A stretch of 64,000 nt of DNA. It comes from Flavobacteriales bacterium (lineage in GTDB: Bacteria; Bacteroidota; Bacteroidia; Flavobacteriales; UBA7312). This document shows, piece by piece, positions 10,239-18,592 of this stretch. The notes under the pieces are model-generated. The model saw only the letters and a list, made by a program, of their open reading frames with translations, did no database searches and was not told where the DNA came from. Position 1 is the stretch's first letter. Each line of letters starts with the position of its first letter. A program made the translations under genes and the position numbers. The stretch is from assembly GCA_016779995.1 (NCBI GenBank), contig JADHMO010000001.1, forward strand, positions 74,638 to 138,637, read 5' to 3'.

Positions 10239-11129
10239 TTCATTTTCTTGATATTGCCATTCATCCATATTGGGCTGGCCAGCATCTACCCAAGCTGAAT
10301 ACCAAATACAACCTATGGCTAAGATAGATTTTCGCATTTGCCTTTCAACCATTCCATCTAACATTAGATGATAGGCTTTTGAATAGTCTTCAGAGTACAC
10401 TTTTTTATCGCCCTGCCCCTTTTGTTCAATACTAAATTTTAAATCACTACTATAGCTTTTATTTAATTTAGCCTCAAACGCTAAAACAGAATCTTTAGCT
10501 GAATAACTAGATTCTACAATTGACCAAACGTAAGATAATATATCGTCTTGATAGCTGACTTTAGGTAAATAAAAATCATAATTTTCGGCAAATAGCTCTG
10601 GTAAGCGTGACTCCCAAAAAGCATGAATTCCTTTTTGATTACTTAATTGCCCATCATAATTAAGCGTCGTATGCAGAGGAACGTGAGCATCTGCTACATA
10701 ATGCCCTAAGTCCGATAAAAGATTAATAGAACGCTCTATTTTATGCTCCTTTAAGGCTTTTACTAAAATGTGGTACTGCTTGTTGATGTGCCAAGGTAAT
10801 ATACCATACTTAATAAGGGTATCTTCTGAATACTTTGCAACAGCATCGTCCCATTTTTTTGGCATTACGGCAAAAGGTGAATCAACACTGTAAGCATCAA
10901 TATCAATAAAATGTCTTGGTGCCTCATCCTTTACGGTGAATTTTCGCTTATCAGCATTTACAGCCTTATCTTCTAAAAGATGAATGTGATTTAAAAAAAA
11001 TGTATTCATACTCTCAGGAAGAGTATAAACTGCCATCTTATTAATTTTATAATGAGAAAAAAAGCCCCAAGTCAATACTGTATTATTAAATAAAAAGATA
11101 GCAATGAAACTTAGTATTAGCTTTTTCAT
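10236..11129 (-). CDS. zinc-dependent phospholipase C / S1-P1 nuclease superfamily protein
   Basis: Signal peptide, then WGFFSH...PRHFIDID...LGHYVADAHVPLHTT, histidine/aspartate metal-ligand motifs of that fold. Confidence 0.6.
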   Translation of the reverse strand: MKKLILSFIAIFLFNNTVLTWGFFSHYKINKMAVYTLPESMNTFFLNHIHLLEDKAVNADKRKFTVKDEAPRHFIDIDAYSVDSPFAVMPKKWDDAVAKYSEDTLIKYGILPWHINKQYHILVKALKEHKIERSINLLSDLGHYVADAHVPLHTTLNYDGQLSNQKGIHAFWESRLPELFAENYDFYLPKVSYQDDILSYVWSIVESSYSAKDSVLAFEAKLNKSYSSDLKFSIEQKGQGDKKVYSEDYSKAYHLMLDGMVERQMRKSILAIGCIWYSAWVDAGQPNMDEWQYQENE

Positions 11130-11842
11130 GAATGAGAAATCAATACGTTGTCTTTTAAAATAGGAATTACTTCAGATTTATTCAATTCTAAGCAATAACG
11201 GACATCGTTTTCTATTCCTAAATGCGCTAAACGTTTTCTATGCTGAGAATCTTTTAAAAACTCAAATAAGTTGTCTTTAGCCTTTTCATAGAGTATTAAA
11301 CTACTGGCAGTAGAATCGTTATCATAGTAAAACTTATCATTTTTAATTAATTCCTTGGTTAATGCACCTGCAAATAGCGTGTCCTCTAGACAGTAGTCGT
11401 TTTTCCAACCAGCACATAAAATAATAATACCCTTGTCCATCTCTACCAAAAATGAAGTCAAGGCTTTTAAGTTTAAAAATGAACCCGTCACAACAAAATG
11501 ATCTTGTTTAGCAATATTTATGGCTTTTGTCCCATTAGTAGTGGTCAACACCATCTTTTTACCTTGAAGAAAATGATTGGAATAATCTGTCGGAGAGTTT
11601 CCTAAATCAAAACCTCTAACAATTTTGCCATTTCTCTCAGCTGCTATTACATACTCATTACTATCCTTATAATCTAGAGCATCTTCTAATGTAGAAACAG
11701 GCATAATAGACTCAACTCCAAGCTCTAAAGCAGTACATATTGCTGAAGTAGCTCTTAACACGTCAACAACAACGACAACACTTGTTCTATCCGAATATAT
11801 CGGAAAAAGAGATGGGGTTAAGCAAACTTTAATATTGTTCAT
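11126..11842 (-). CDS. comB: 2-phosphosulfolactate phosphatase (ComB) family protein
   Basis: VVVDVLRATSAICTAL...LTTTNGT pattern of the ComB family. Confidence 0.75.
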   Translation of the reverse strand: MNNIKVCLTPSLFPIYSDRTSVVVVVDVLRATSAICTALELGVESIMPVSTLEDALDYKDSNEYVIAAERNGKIVRGFDLGNSPTDYSNHFLQGKKMVLTTTNGTKAINIAKQDHFVVTGSFLNLKALTSFLVEMDKGIIILCAGWKNDYCLEDTLFAGALTKELIKNDKFYYDNDSTASSLILYEKAKDNLFEFLKDSQHRKRLAHLGIENDVRYCLELNKSEVIPILKDNVLISHS

Positions 11843-11847
11843 AGAAA

Positions 11848-12930
11848 CTATGATTTGTAAAATGGTAATTTAACGACTTGGGCCTTGAGTTTCTTATTTC
11901 TTATCTGAACATACAGCTTAGTATCGCTTTTAGCATATTCTGAATTCACATAACCCATTCCAATAGATTTTTGTAGTGATGGTGACATAGTACCTGAAGT
12001 AACAAAGCCAATTTCTTCATCTTTTTCATTAAGGATTGTATATCCATTTCTAGCAATACCTTTGTCTAGCATTTCAAAACCTACTCTTTTACGCTGAACA
12101 CCATTTTCTTTTTGTAATTGTAATTCTTTAGAATAGTTAAAGTTGTTATTAAACTTAGTAATCCATGATAATCCAGCTTCAATAGGTGATGTATCATCAT
12201 TAATATCATTACCATAAAGGCAAAAACCCATTTCTAAACGCAAAGTATCTCTAGCAGCTAAACCTATGGGCTGTATGCCGTAAGATTTACCAGATTCTAA
12301 AATTGATTCCCATATCGATTCGGCAATGTCGTTTGGAAAATATATTTCAAAGCCACCAGCACCTGTATATCCAGTAGCAGAAATGATGATATCATTAAAT
12401 CCACAAAAATCAGCTAAAGCAAAAGTATAATACTTCATAGCTGATAAATCTAGCGAAGTAAGCGATTGAAGTGCTTGTGATGCCATAGGGCCTTGCACAG
12501 CTAGTAAAGAGTAATCATCGGATAAGTTTGAGATAATAGCTTTATTTGTGTTGAATTGACTTATCCAATTCCAATCCTTTTCAATATTTGAGGCATTAAC
12601 TACCAACATATATTTTTCAGCATTGAATCTGTAAACTAGTAAATCATCAACTATCCCTCCTTCTAAATTAGGCATGCAAGAATACTGAACTTGACCATCA
12701 ACTAAAGCAGAAACATCATTAGAGCTTACTCTTTGTATTAAATCCAAAGCATGAGGTCCCTCAACAAAAAACTCTCCCATATGAGAAACGTCAAAAACCC
12801 CTACCTTATATCTAACATTTAAGTGTTCAACTGTTACGCCTTGGTACTGAACTGGCATGTTGTATCCTGCGAAGGGCACCATTTTAGCACCTAAATCAAT
12901 ATGTTTTTGTGTAAGAGCAGTAGTTTTCAT
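11848..12930 (-). CDS. gcvT: glycine cleavage system aminomethyltransferase T
   Basis: MKTTALTQKHIDLGAKMVPFAGYNMPVQY...VFDVSHMGEF. Start set at ATG 12930. Confidence 0.95.
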   Translation of the reverse strand: MKTTALTQKHIDLGAKMVPFAGYNMPVQYQGVTVEHLNVRYKVGVFDVSHMGEFFVEGPHALDLIQRVSSNDVSALVDGQVQYSCMPNLEGGIVDDLLVYRFNAEKYMLVVNASNIEKDWNWISQFNTNKAIISNLSDDYSLLAVQGPMASQALQSLTSLDLSAMKYYTFALADFCGFNDIIISATGYTGAGGFEIYFPNDIAESIWESILESGKSYGIQPIGLAARDTLRLEMGFCLYGNDINDDTSPIEAGLSWITKFNNNFNYSKELQLQKENGVQRKRVGFEMLDKGIARNGYTILNEKDEEIGFVTSGTMSPSLQKSIGMGYVNSEYAKSDTKLYVQIRNKKLKAQVVKLPFYKS

Positions 12931-12948
12931 TGAGTTAATTTTAGGGCG

Positions 12949-12956
12949 CAAATATA
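12949..12956 (-). promoter_or_regulatory. -7 box (TATATTTG) for gcvT
   Basis: The reverse complement is TATATTTG, 18 nt upstream of the gcvT ATG and just after the antiporter stop. Confidence 0.45.
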
Positions 12957-12957
12957 A

Positions 12958-14775
12958 CTAAATTAACTCCCCAATATAGGCTAGAACATCTCCTTCTACG
13001 AATTGATATTCAAAATCAACAGTAATGAATTGAATGGTGTCATTTCTTCTAAGAAGTATAGGCAGATATGACTCCTTATCACTTTTAAAAAGAGATTTTA
13101 AATGGTCTTCTGAGGTTATTTTTATTTCCTGAACTTCAGGATATTTTCTTACCAATTCTATTAGTTTAATATAATCTGAGTCATCTGAAAACAAAATATT
13201 ATTAGGTCTAGATAAAGCATCAAATTTTATCTCATTAACAGTAATAAGACGATAAACATTAGATTCTCCAAAGGTTGACTTGAGTTTTCTACAAGCAAAA
13301 ATATTGACATCATTACTAGAAGTAAGTGCTAATAAATGTCCAACATCATCAAATTCTAAATCATCGTCATTAGAAAGGATGTTTTTTTCGAGGACATTTA
13401 AATTTGCTGCTCTTGCTTGACGAATATTTTCTTTCGATAAATCAACTAGAGTGTTTGAAATATGGAGTTTTTCAAGGTACTTAGCTATACTAATAGAACC
13501 CTCGTTTGCCCCTACAATAACTACTCCATTTTTCACGTCCTGAACCAATCCCAACAACCTTGCCACAAATTTGGCTGATAAGCCATTTAAAGTTACTGTT
13601 CCTAGAATTATCATAAAGGTCAAAGGAACTAATAACTCCACATCTTCTTTTAATGATGGAGGCAGTGAAATTTTATCCGACATTAAATACAAAGAAAATA
13701 AAGAAGCAACAGCAGCAGCAACAATACCTTTAGGTCCAATCCAAGCTACAAAGGCTTTTTCTCTCCAATTCAAATCAGACTTCCATGAACTTATCCATAC
13801 TACTATAGGGCGAAGTACAAACACAACAATTAAAAAAATGTATAAAGAATTAATTTCTAACAATCTTAAATCCTCCATAGATATTTTAGTGGAAAGAATG
13901 ATAAAGAGTACGGATATTAAAATAACAGTTAGACTTTCTTTAAAATCTAGAATCTTATCTAGATTTGGAGTTTTTATATTAGCTAATAAAATCCCCATGA
14001 CAGTAACAGATAATAAACCCGATTCTGCTTGTAGAGTATCAGCACCAGCAAAAGCAAAAATGACAAAACCTAAAGAAAGAACATTGATTAAAAAATGAGG
14101 AATCAAATTTCTTTTAAGTAATGTATGTAAAGTCCAGCCTGAAAGTAATCCAAAAAAAGTTCCCACACATAAGGTTAAAAAGAAGGTTTTTAAGGCTACT
14201 TGTGTTAGTCCCATAGAATGATCTCCACCAACCCCCATAGTAGAAACAAATAATAACTCATAAACCAAAACAGCTACCAAGGCACCGATAGGGTCAATGG
14301 CTATACCCTCCCACTTTAGAATAGTGCTAATATTTTTCTTAGGACGAACACTTCTAAGAATAGGAGCAATTACTGTTGGACCAGTAACTATAATTAACGA
14401 ACCAAATAATAAACCTACTCTATAATCCATATCTAGGAAATAATGAGCTGCTAATGCCCCACCTATACCCATAACTATTGGGCCAACAATAAGTAAGTTT
14501 CTAACTACACCTGCTAACTGTCTAACTTCTTTAAATTTTAAGGTAAGCCCCCCTTCAAATAAGATAACCCCAACAGAAAGTGAAACAAAATAATACATGG
14601 TTTTACCAGCAAAAATATTTTCTGGATCAATCCATTTTTGGTCTAAAAATAAAGTTGAAAGAGGCCCCATCACAAGACCTAGTATGATTAAAGGGAAAAT
14701 AGCTGGTATTTTCATTCTCCATGCTATCCATTGAGCCAATAAACCAATAACTATAATTGCAGCGAGTTCTAACAT
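12958..14775 (-). CDS. cation:proton (Na+/H+) antiporter, CPA1/NhaP-like, with C-terminal cytoplasmic domain
   Basis: About 12 TM segments with Na_H_exchanger-type motifs (GGLTLKF, GPTVIAPIL) plus a ~180-aa soluble tail. Confidence 0.8.
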   Translation of the reverse strand: MLELAAIIVIGLLAQWIAWRMKIPAIFPLIILGLVMGPLSTLFLDQKWIDPENIFAGKTMYYFVSLSVGVILFEGGLTLKFKEVRQLAGVVRNLLIVGPIVMGIGGALAAHYFLDMDYRVGLLFGSLIIVTGPTVIAPILRSVRPKKNISTILKWEGIAIDPIGALVAVLVYELLFVSTMGVGGDHSMGLTQVALKTFFLTLCVGTFFGLLSGWTLHTLLKRNLIPHFLINVLSLGFVIFAFAGADTLQAESGLLSVTVMGILLANIKTPNLDKILDFKESLTVILISVLFIILSTKISMEDLRLLEINSLYIFLIVVFVLRPIVVWISSWKSDLNWREKAFVAWIGPKGIVAAAVASLFSLYLMSDKISLPPSLKEDVELLVPLTFMIILGTVTLNGLSAKFVARLLGLVQDVKNGVVIVGANEGSISIAKYLEKLHISNTLVDLSKENIRQARAANLNVLEKNILSNDDDLEFDDVGHLLALTSSNDVNIFACRKLKSTFGESNVYRLITVNEIKFDALSRPNNILFSDDSDYIKLIELVRKYPEVQEIKITSEDHLKSLFKSDKESYLPILLRRNDTIQFITVDFEYQFVEGDVLAYIGELI

Positions 14776-14796
14776 AATTTTTCAATTTTGATAAAT

Positions 14797-14830
14797 ATAA
14801 AAAAATAAAAAAAGGAGCCGAAGCTCCTTT
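14797..14830 (-). terminator. strong intrinsic terminator ending the riboswitch-controlled gene
   Basis: The minus strand reads AAAGGAGC-UUCG-GCUCCUUU followed by UUUUUAUUUUUU. It sits 20 nt after the stop at 14851. Confidence 0.8.
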
Positions 14831-14850
14831 GATAAATTTTTTTAAAAAAA

Positions 14851-16017
14851 TTATTGTCTGAAAATCTTTTTGCCTGAACGGATATAAACACCCTTTGGTT
14901 GATTTTCAATTTGATTGATTTTTCTTCCAAACAAATCGAAAAAGACATCGTCTTGAGTTTGATTGATAGAGTAATCTTCTATTGAAGTTGTACTTCTCAC
15001 ATCAAAAACAATGGTTCCTGGTGATACACCACAATCAAATTCAGAAACTAAATTGTTGTCTGCATCATAAATGTGTACTTTTCCATACGTAGAATAGTCC
15101 GTTTCGGAAGCGTATAGATAATTATTGACTTCATCGTAAGCTAACTCATAAAAGTTTTGATTGATTCCCAAAGGATTACCCGAAGATAATAGCGTTGCTG
15201 GATCCCATTCTAACAAAACAGAATCCATTGATATTTGAAAGTTGATTTTATCCCCTCGTAAACAAGATGTACCACAACCTGTACTCACATCAGAAACATT
15301 AATAGTAGTTGAAGAATGTGTACTTAAATCTACTTTTGAAAAGGATGCACCAGACCAGTTTTTATTATTAACAGTATAAATATAGTTGTCTGTAATCATC
15401 ATATTATCGGTATTAGTAGCATCCGAGCCCAAATCTATTTCCTCCAAATAACTCAAGGTATTTAAATCCAATACGCCAATTAGTGATTTTTCATTGCCCC
15501 ATTCGAAACCATTATTAATTGCCACATAAAGTTTATTATCGGTATGTACCATATTCTGAGTAGTCCATTTAGGGCCTTCAGTAGTATCTAATTCTGAAAT
15601 AAAAGTTAAATCAGATTTTGAATAAATTTGAAAGTATGAATCAAAACTTACTCCATACTCTCCTCTTGAAACAAATAAATTGTCATTGACAATTAGTATA
15701 TTTCTTACTCCAGTAACTGATTGACTAGCTAACAACTCATATGTATTCAAATCATACTTGAGAAGTTGTGTATCAGCAGCTATATAGAAATAATCACCAT
15801 TAATAATCATATCTGAAGCAAAACGAGCTCCCTCTATTGTGTCTACTATTGAGTAATTGTTAGTGACAGGATCATAGCTTCCAATAGTAACAGGAGTTTC
15901 TATTTCTCCAGTTGTGTAATTGTAACGACCTTCATTAAGTATCAATACTTGATTAACTACATTTTGTGCTACAACACCTTGATAAATAAGGTATAACACT
16001 AATACTACTTTTTTCAT
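14851..16017 (-). CDS. secreted YncE/DUF5074-like beta-propeller protein with short T9SS-like C-terminal tail; cobalamin-riboswitch controlled
   Basis: Sec signal peptide MKKVVLVLYLIYQGVVAQ with no lipobox Cys. LILNEGRYN... start and repeated ~45-aa blade-like segments. C-terminus ...VFFDLFGRKINQIENQPKGVYIRSGKKIFRQ resembles the last strands of a type-A T9SS CTD. An RF00174-like leader lies directly upstream. Confidence 0.7.
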   Translation of the reverse strand: MKKVVLVLYLIYQGVVAQNVVNQVLILNEGRYNYTTGEIETPVTIGSYDPVTNNYSIVDTIEGARFASDMIINGDYFYIAADTQLLKYDLNTYELLASQSVTGVRNILIVNDNLFVSRGEYGVSFDSYFQIYSKSDLTFISELDTTEGPKWTTQNMVHTDNKLYVAINNGFEWGNEKSLIGVLDLNTLSYLEEIDLGSDATNTDNMMITDNYIYTVNNKNWSGASFSKVDLSTHSSTTINVSDVSTGCGTSCLRGDKINFQISMDSVLLEWDPATLLSSGNPLGINQNFYELAYDEVNNYLYASETDYSTYGKVHIYDADNNLVSEFDCGVSPGTIVFDVRSTTSIEDYSINQTQDDVFFDLFGRKINQIENQPKGVYIRSGKKIFRQ

Positions 16018-16044
16018 TCTATTTTTTTAAGTTTATAGACAAAT

Positions 16045-16232
16045 ACTAAGACCACCTTATCCCGAGGTTTTCCGTTCGTTTGTTATGGCAGGTCTTCTGA
16101 CTTGCTCTCCTAAGTGGCCTTCCCATTCTTACAGAACAGTGGACTGTGGATCTTAGGTTCTTTATGAGCTTACAGCTGCGGGAACAGTTGAGGACTTACA
16201 CCTCCTTCCCTATTAATTCTTTTCAGAAACCG
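16045..16232 (-). promoter_or_regulatory. cobalamin (B12) riboswitch
   Basis: The minus strand reads AAUAGGGAAGGAGGUGUAAGUCCUCAACUGUUCCCGCAGCUGUAAGC...AGUCCACUG...GGGAAGGCCA...AAGUCAGAAGACCUGCC. All conserved aptamer blocks are present, including the B12 box (plus-strand 16087-16102). It lies between a consensus promoter and the ATG at 16017. Confidence 0.9.
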
Positions 16233-16240
16233 TAACGCCA

Positions 16241-16273
16241 CAAAGTTAGCCCTATTTCTTAATAAAAATCAAA
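16241..16273 (-). promoter_or_regulatory. promoter of the riboswitch transcript (TTTG-N21-TAACTTTG)
   Basis: The -7 box is the reverse complement of 16241-16248 and the -33 TTTG is the reverse complement of 16270-16273. This places +1 a few nt upstream of the aptamer. Confidence 0.55.
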
Positions 16274-16282
16274 AAAATGCCC

Positions 16283-16290
16283 TATATTTG
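16283..16290 (+). promoter_or_regulatory. -7 box (TATATTTG) for T9SS type-B gene copy 1
   Basis: Exact TAnnTTTG, 31 nt upstream of ATG 16322. Conserved in the duplicated copy at 18755-18762. Confidence 0.5.
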
Positions 16291-16321
16291 TTATTTACTT
16301 ACTTAAAGCCGATAAATTGTG

Positions 16322-18433
16322 ATGAAACGCTTACTTATTTACTCTTTTACTATTCTTTCTTTTTTATCATTTTCACAACAAATTGCTGTATATGACTTTG
16401 AAAATTTGTCTGAGGGTGATATTAATGGTCAAGATGGATGGCAATATAGCTCATCGTTGTCATCATTAGATAATGGATACAATTGCCCAGTAATTGGGAA
16501 TCCGTTAGTCACTGAGGTTAGTGTGCTTGGTAACTCAGGAAACTATCTAGCTGGTAAGGCTATACGTACTGGAAGTGGTTATGATAATCAAATTGTATTA
16601 ATAAGCAGAAAAAATAACGCTGATTGGTCATTCCCCTCTTTACAAAATAAACAATTTTTGATGTTTGAATTCGTAATGGGTTTGGGCTGTATGAATAGAT
16701 CTGTAAAATTAGGATTCGATGAAAACATGGATGGAAACTATGGTGAAAATTGTGGATTAGAAGATATAAATGAAGCGAGTTTTGGGTTAAGTTGGTCTGT
16801 ATGTGATACACCAACTTATTTAAAGCTTTTCGACGCCTCATCAAATGTAATTGCAACAGATAACCAAGTTAACTGGGGGTTTGTTAGGTATTTAATGGTT
16901 ATAGATTTTTATGCTAATGATTATCAAGGTGAGGTTTGTGTTTTAACTAAACATCTGACCGGACAGACCAACTGGTCTCCAGTAGTATCAATGCAAAATT
17001 TAAATATGGGATTTGATTTTTTATCTGCTGAAAAAAATAATCCAATTAACCTTGACGGAATTATTCTTCAAGAAGGAGGTGATGCTGCATATTTTGACGA
17101 TATAAAGTTTACTGTTTTTGATTTATTTCCTAATGATACCACTATTTGTTTAGGCAAGTCTTTAACTTTAGGAAAACCAATAAATGGAGTTTCGTATGTA
17201 TGGAGCACAGCAGAAACTACACCAACTATAGAAATAACTTCAGAAGGTAGCTATTCTGTTGATCTTTACATTAATAATAATAAAATTTTGTCCGATAGTA
17301 CTTATGTCAGATTTAGGGAATTAGATAATGTAATCAATGACACTTCATTTTGTCAGAATGAATCTATAACATTATTTGCAGAACAAAACTTGGACTTTTA
17401 TTTATGGAACGATAGTAGTACGTATAATCAATTACAAATCGATTCACCTGGAGAATACTCATTATATTTCGAGAAAAATGGTTGCATAGGATTCGATACA
17501 ATAGAAGTAATCGAAATTTTAGCTCCAAATATAGACTTAGGTCAAGATATTATAGCTTGTCCTGATGAAGAAGTCATTTTGCAAGCCAACACGAATGGTA
17601 CAGCTTTCAAATGGTCTGATGGTAGTACGCGGCCTACTTTAGAAGTTAAACAATCTGGAGATTATCATTTGACCACCTCTATTGAGCAATGCACAGCTTC
17701 AGATACTATTAACGTAACTTTTATACCTTCAATAAATTTAGGAAATGATACCACCATTTGTGAGGGTGATTTCTTTACCATTGATTTAGATAAAGATTAT
17801 GAAGATTATTCATGGCACGATGGAGATAAAAGCAGTAGTAAAGATATTCATTATGATGGAGAGTATTTTGTAACCGTAAAAAAACTGAATTGTGTTATAC
17901 AATCAGACACTCTCAAAGTAAATAGAGTATTACTTCCTCGCATTTTAGAAACTACTGACGATACTCTCATGTGTGAAAACTTCCCCTTATTACTTAAAGT
18001 AAAAGCTGAATTATACGATAATTTATTATGGTTCGACGGTCATACTGATACTGTAACATTGGTAAGAACTTCAGGAGTGTATTGGGTAAGCACTAGTAAT
18101 GAATGTGGAGTTATTACGGACAGTATTAAAGTAACAACAGAAAATTGTTTATGTAAAGAGTTTTTGCCTGATGTCTTTACACCAAATGGAGATAGATTAA
18201 ATGACTTTTTTGGATATGAATCTAATTGTATTCCTTCAAAATATTATAGTCTTCAGATTTTTAATAGATGGGGAGAACAAATATTTGAGAGTAATGATTA
18301 TAAACAAAAATGGGACGGAACATTCAAAGGCTCAATATGCCCTACTGATATTTATTCGTTTTTGTTAATTGTTCAATACAAAAATGATATGGGGAAAAGA
18401 ACCATCAAAAGAAAATTTAGTTTAATACAGTAA
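16322..18433 (+). CDS. T9SS type-B (gliding-motility-associated C-terminal domain) cargo protein, paralog 1
   Basis: Signal peptide, a ~250-aa N-terminal jelly-roll-like domain, five ~65-aa Cys-containing Ig-like repeats (NDTxxC...YxW..G.t...i.v...G.Y...), and C-terminal FTPNGDRLNDFF...IFNRWGEQIFES...WDGTFKG (type-B CTD). Confidence 0.85.
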   Translation: MKRLLIYSFTILSFLSFSQQIAVYDFENLSEGDINGQDGWQYSSSLSSLDNGYNCPVIGNPLVTEVSVLGNSGNYLAGKAIRTGSGYDNQIVLISRKNNADWSFPSLQNKQFLMFEFVMGLGCMNRSVKLGFDENMDGNYGENCGLEDINEASFGLSWSVCDTPTYLKLFDASSNVIATDNQVNWGFVRYLMVIDFYANDYQGEVCVLTKHLTGQTNWSPVVSMQNLNMGFDFLSAEKNNPINLDGIILQEGGDAAYFDDIKFTVFDLFPNDTTICLGKSLTLGKPINGVSYVWSTAETTPTIEITSEGSYSVDLYINNNKILSDSTYVRFRELDNVINDTSFCQNESITLFAEQNLDFYLWNDSSTYNQLQIDSPGEYSLYFEKNGCIGFDTIEVIEILAPNIDLGQDIIACPDEEVILQANTNGTAFKWSDGSTRPTLEVKQSGDYHLTTSIEQCTASDTINVTFIPSINLGNDTTICEGDFFTIDLDKDYEDYSWHDGDKSSSKDIHYDGEYFVTVKKLNCVIQSDTLKVNRVLLPRILETTDDTLMCENFPLLLKVKAELYDNLLWFDGHTDTVTLVRTSGVYWVSTSNECGVITDSIKVTTENCLCKEFLPDVFTPNGDRLNDFFGYESNCIPSKYYSLQIFNRWGEQIFESNDYKQKWDGTFKGSICPTDIYSFLLIVQYKNDMGKRTIKRKFSLIQ
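17540..18051 (+). repeat. near-identical tract shared with 20011-20522 (putative gene-conversion tract)
   Basis: Perfectly identical runs at 17675-17811 (137 nt), 17864-17970 (107 nt) and 17972-18051 (80 nt). Flanking coding sequence is far more diverged. Confidence 0.85.
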
Positions 18434-18443
18434 ATTACAGGAT

Positions 18444-18581
18444 ATGAAATCATTAATTCTATTTACTCTAGTTATTTTTATAAATATTACTCTTTATGCT
18501 CAGTGCGACTGGTCGGTTGTTTTTTATGACGATTTTGAGCACAACAACGTTGATCCTGGCTATGTTCAAGGTACTGCTTAA
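18444..18581 (+). pseudogene. truncated 5' fragment (45 codons) of a Big_2/T9SS gene: duplication scar
   Basis: It encodes MKSLILFTLVIFINITLYAQCDWSVVFYDDFEHNNVDPGYVQGTA*. The signal peptide plus ...(V/I)(F/I)Y(D/T)D(F/I)E...(V/L)DP aligns with the N-terminus of the 20909 gene (...SQIIYTDIEPDASTTLDP). The ORF stops where homology to the riboswitch copy begins. Confidence 0.55.
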
Positions 18582-18592
18582 GTAAGTGGCTT

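Larger units (their letters stand above)
16111..18592 (+). repeat. tandem duplication unit, copy 1 (~2.48 kb)
   Basis: Alignable by eye to 18593-~21070 at a constant offset of 2471-2482 nt. It covers the 5' half of the riboswitch, the divergent promoter region, the type-B T9SS gene and ~45 codons of the next gene. Confidence 0.8.

Noticed and set aside
12931-12957. Looked for a glycine riboswitch upstream of gcvT.
   Set aside because: Only 27 nt separate gcvT from the upstream gene. That space holds just a -7 box, with no room for an aptamer.
13571-14098. Long antisense or overlapping ORFs in the six-frame track. Examples: 328-588, 2483-2713, 4147-4416, 6072-6293, 7181-7426, 8378-8836, 13571-14098, 16560-16856, 20013-20252, 39978-40208, 41309-41593, 45427-45732, 58166-58444 and 61519-61803.
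   Set aside because: Each lies entirely inside a well-supported gene on the opposite strand or in another frame. Each has low-complexity or odd composition and no recognisable motif. They are the usual shadow ORFs of real coding regions.
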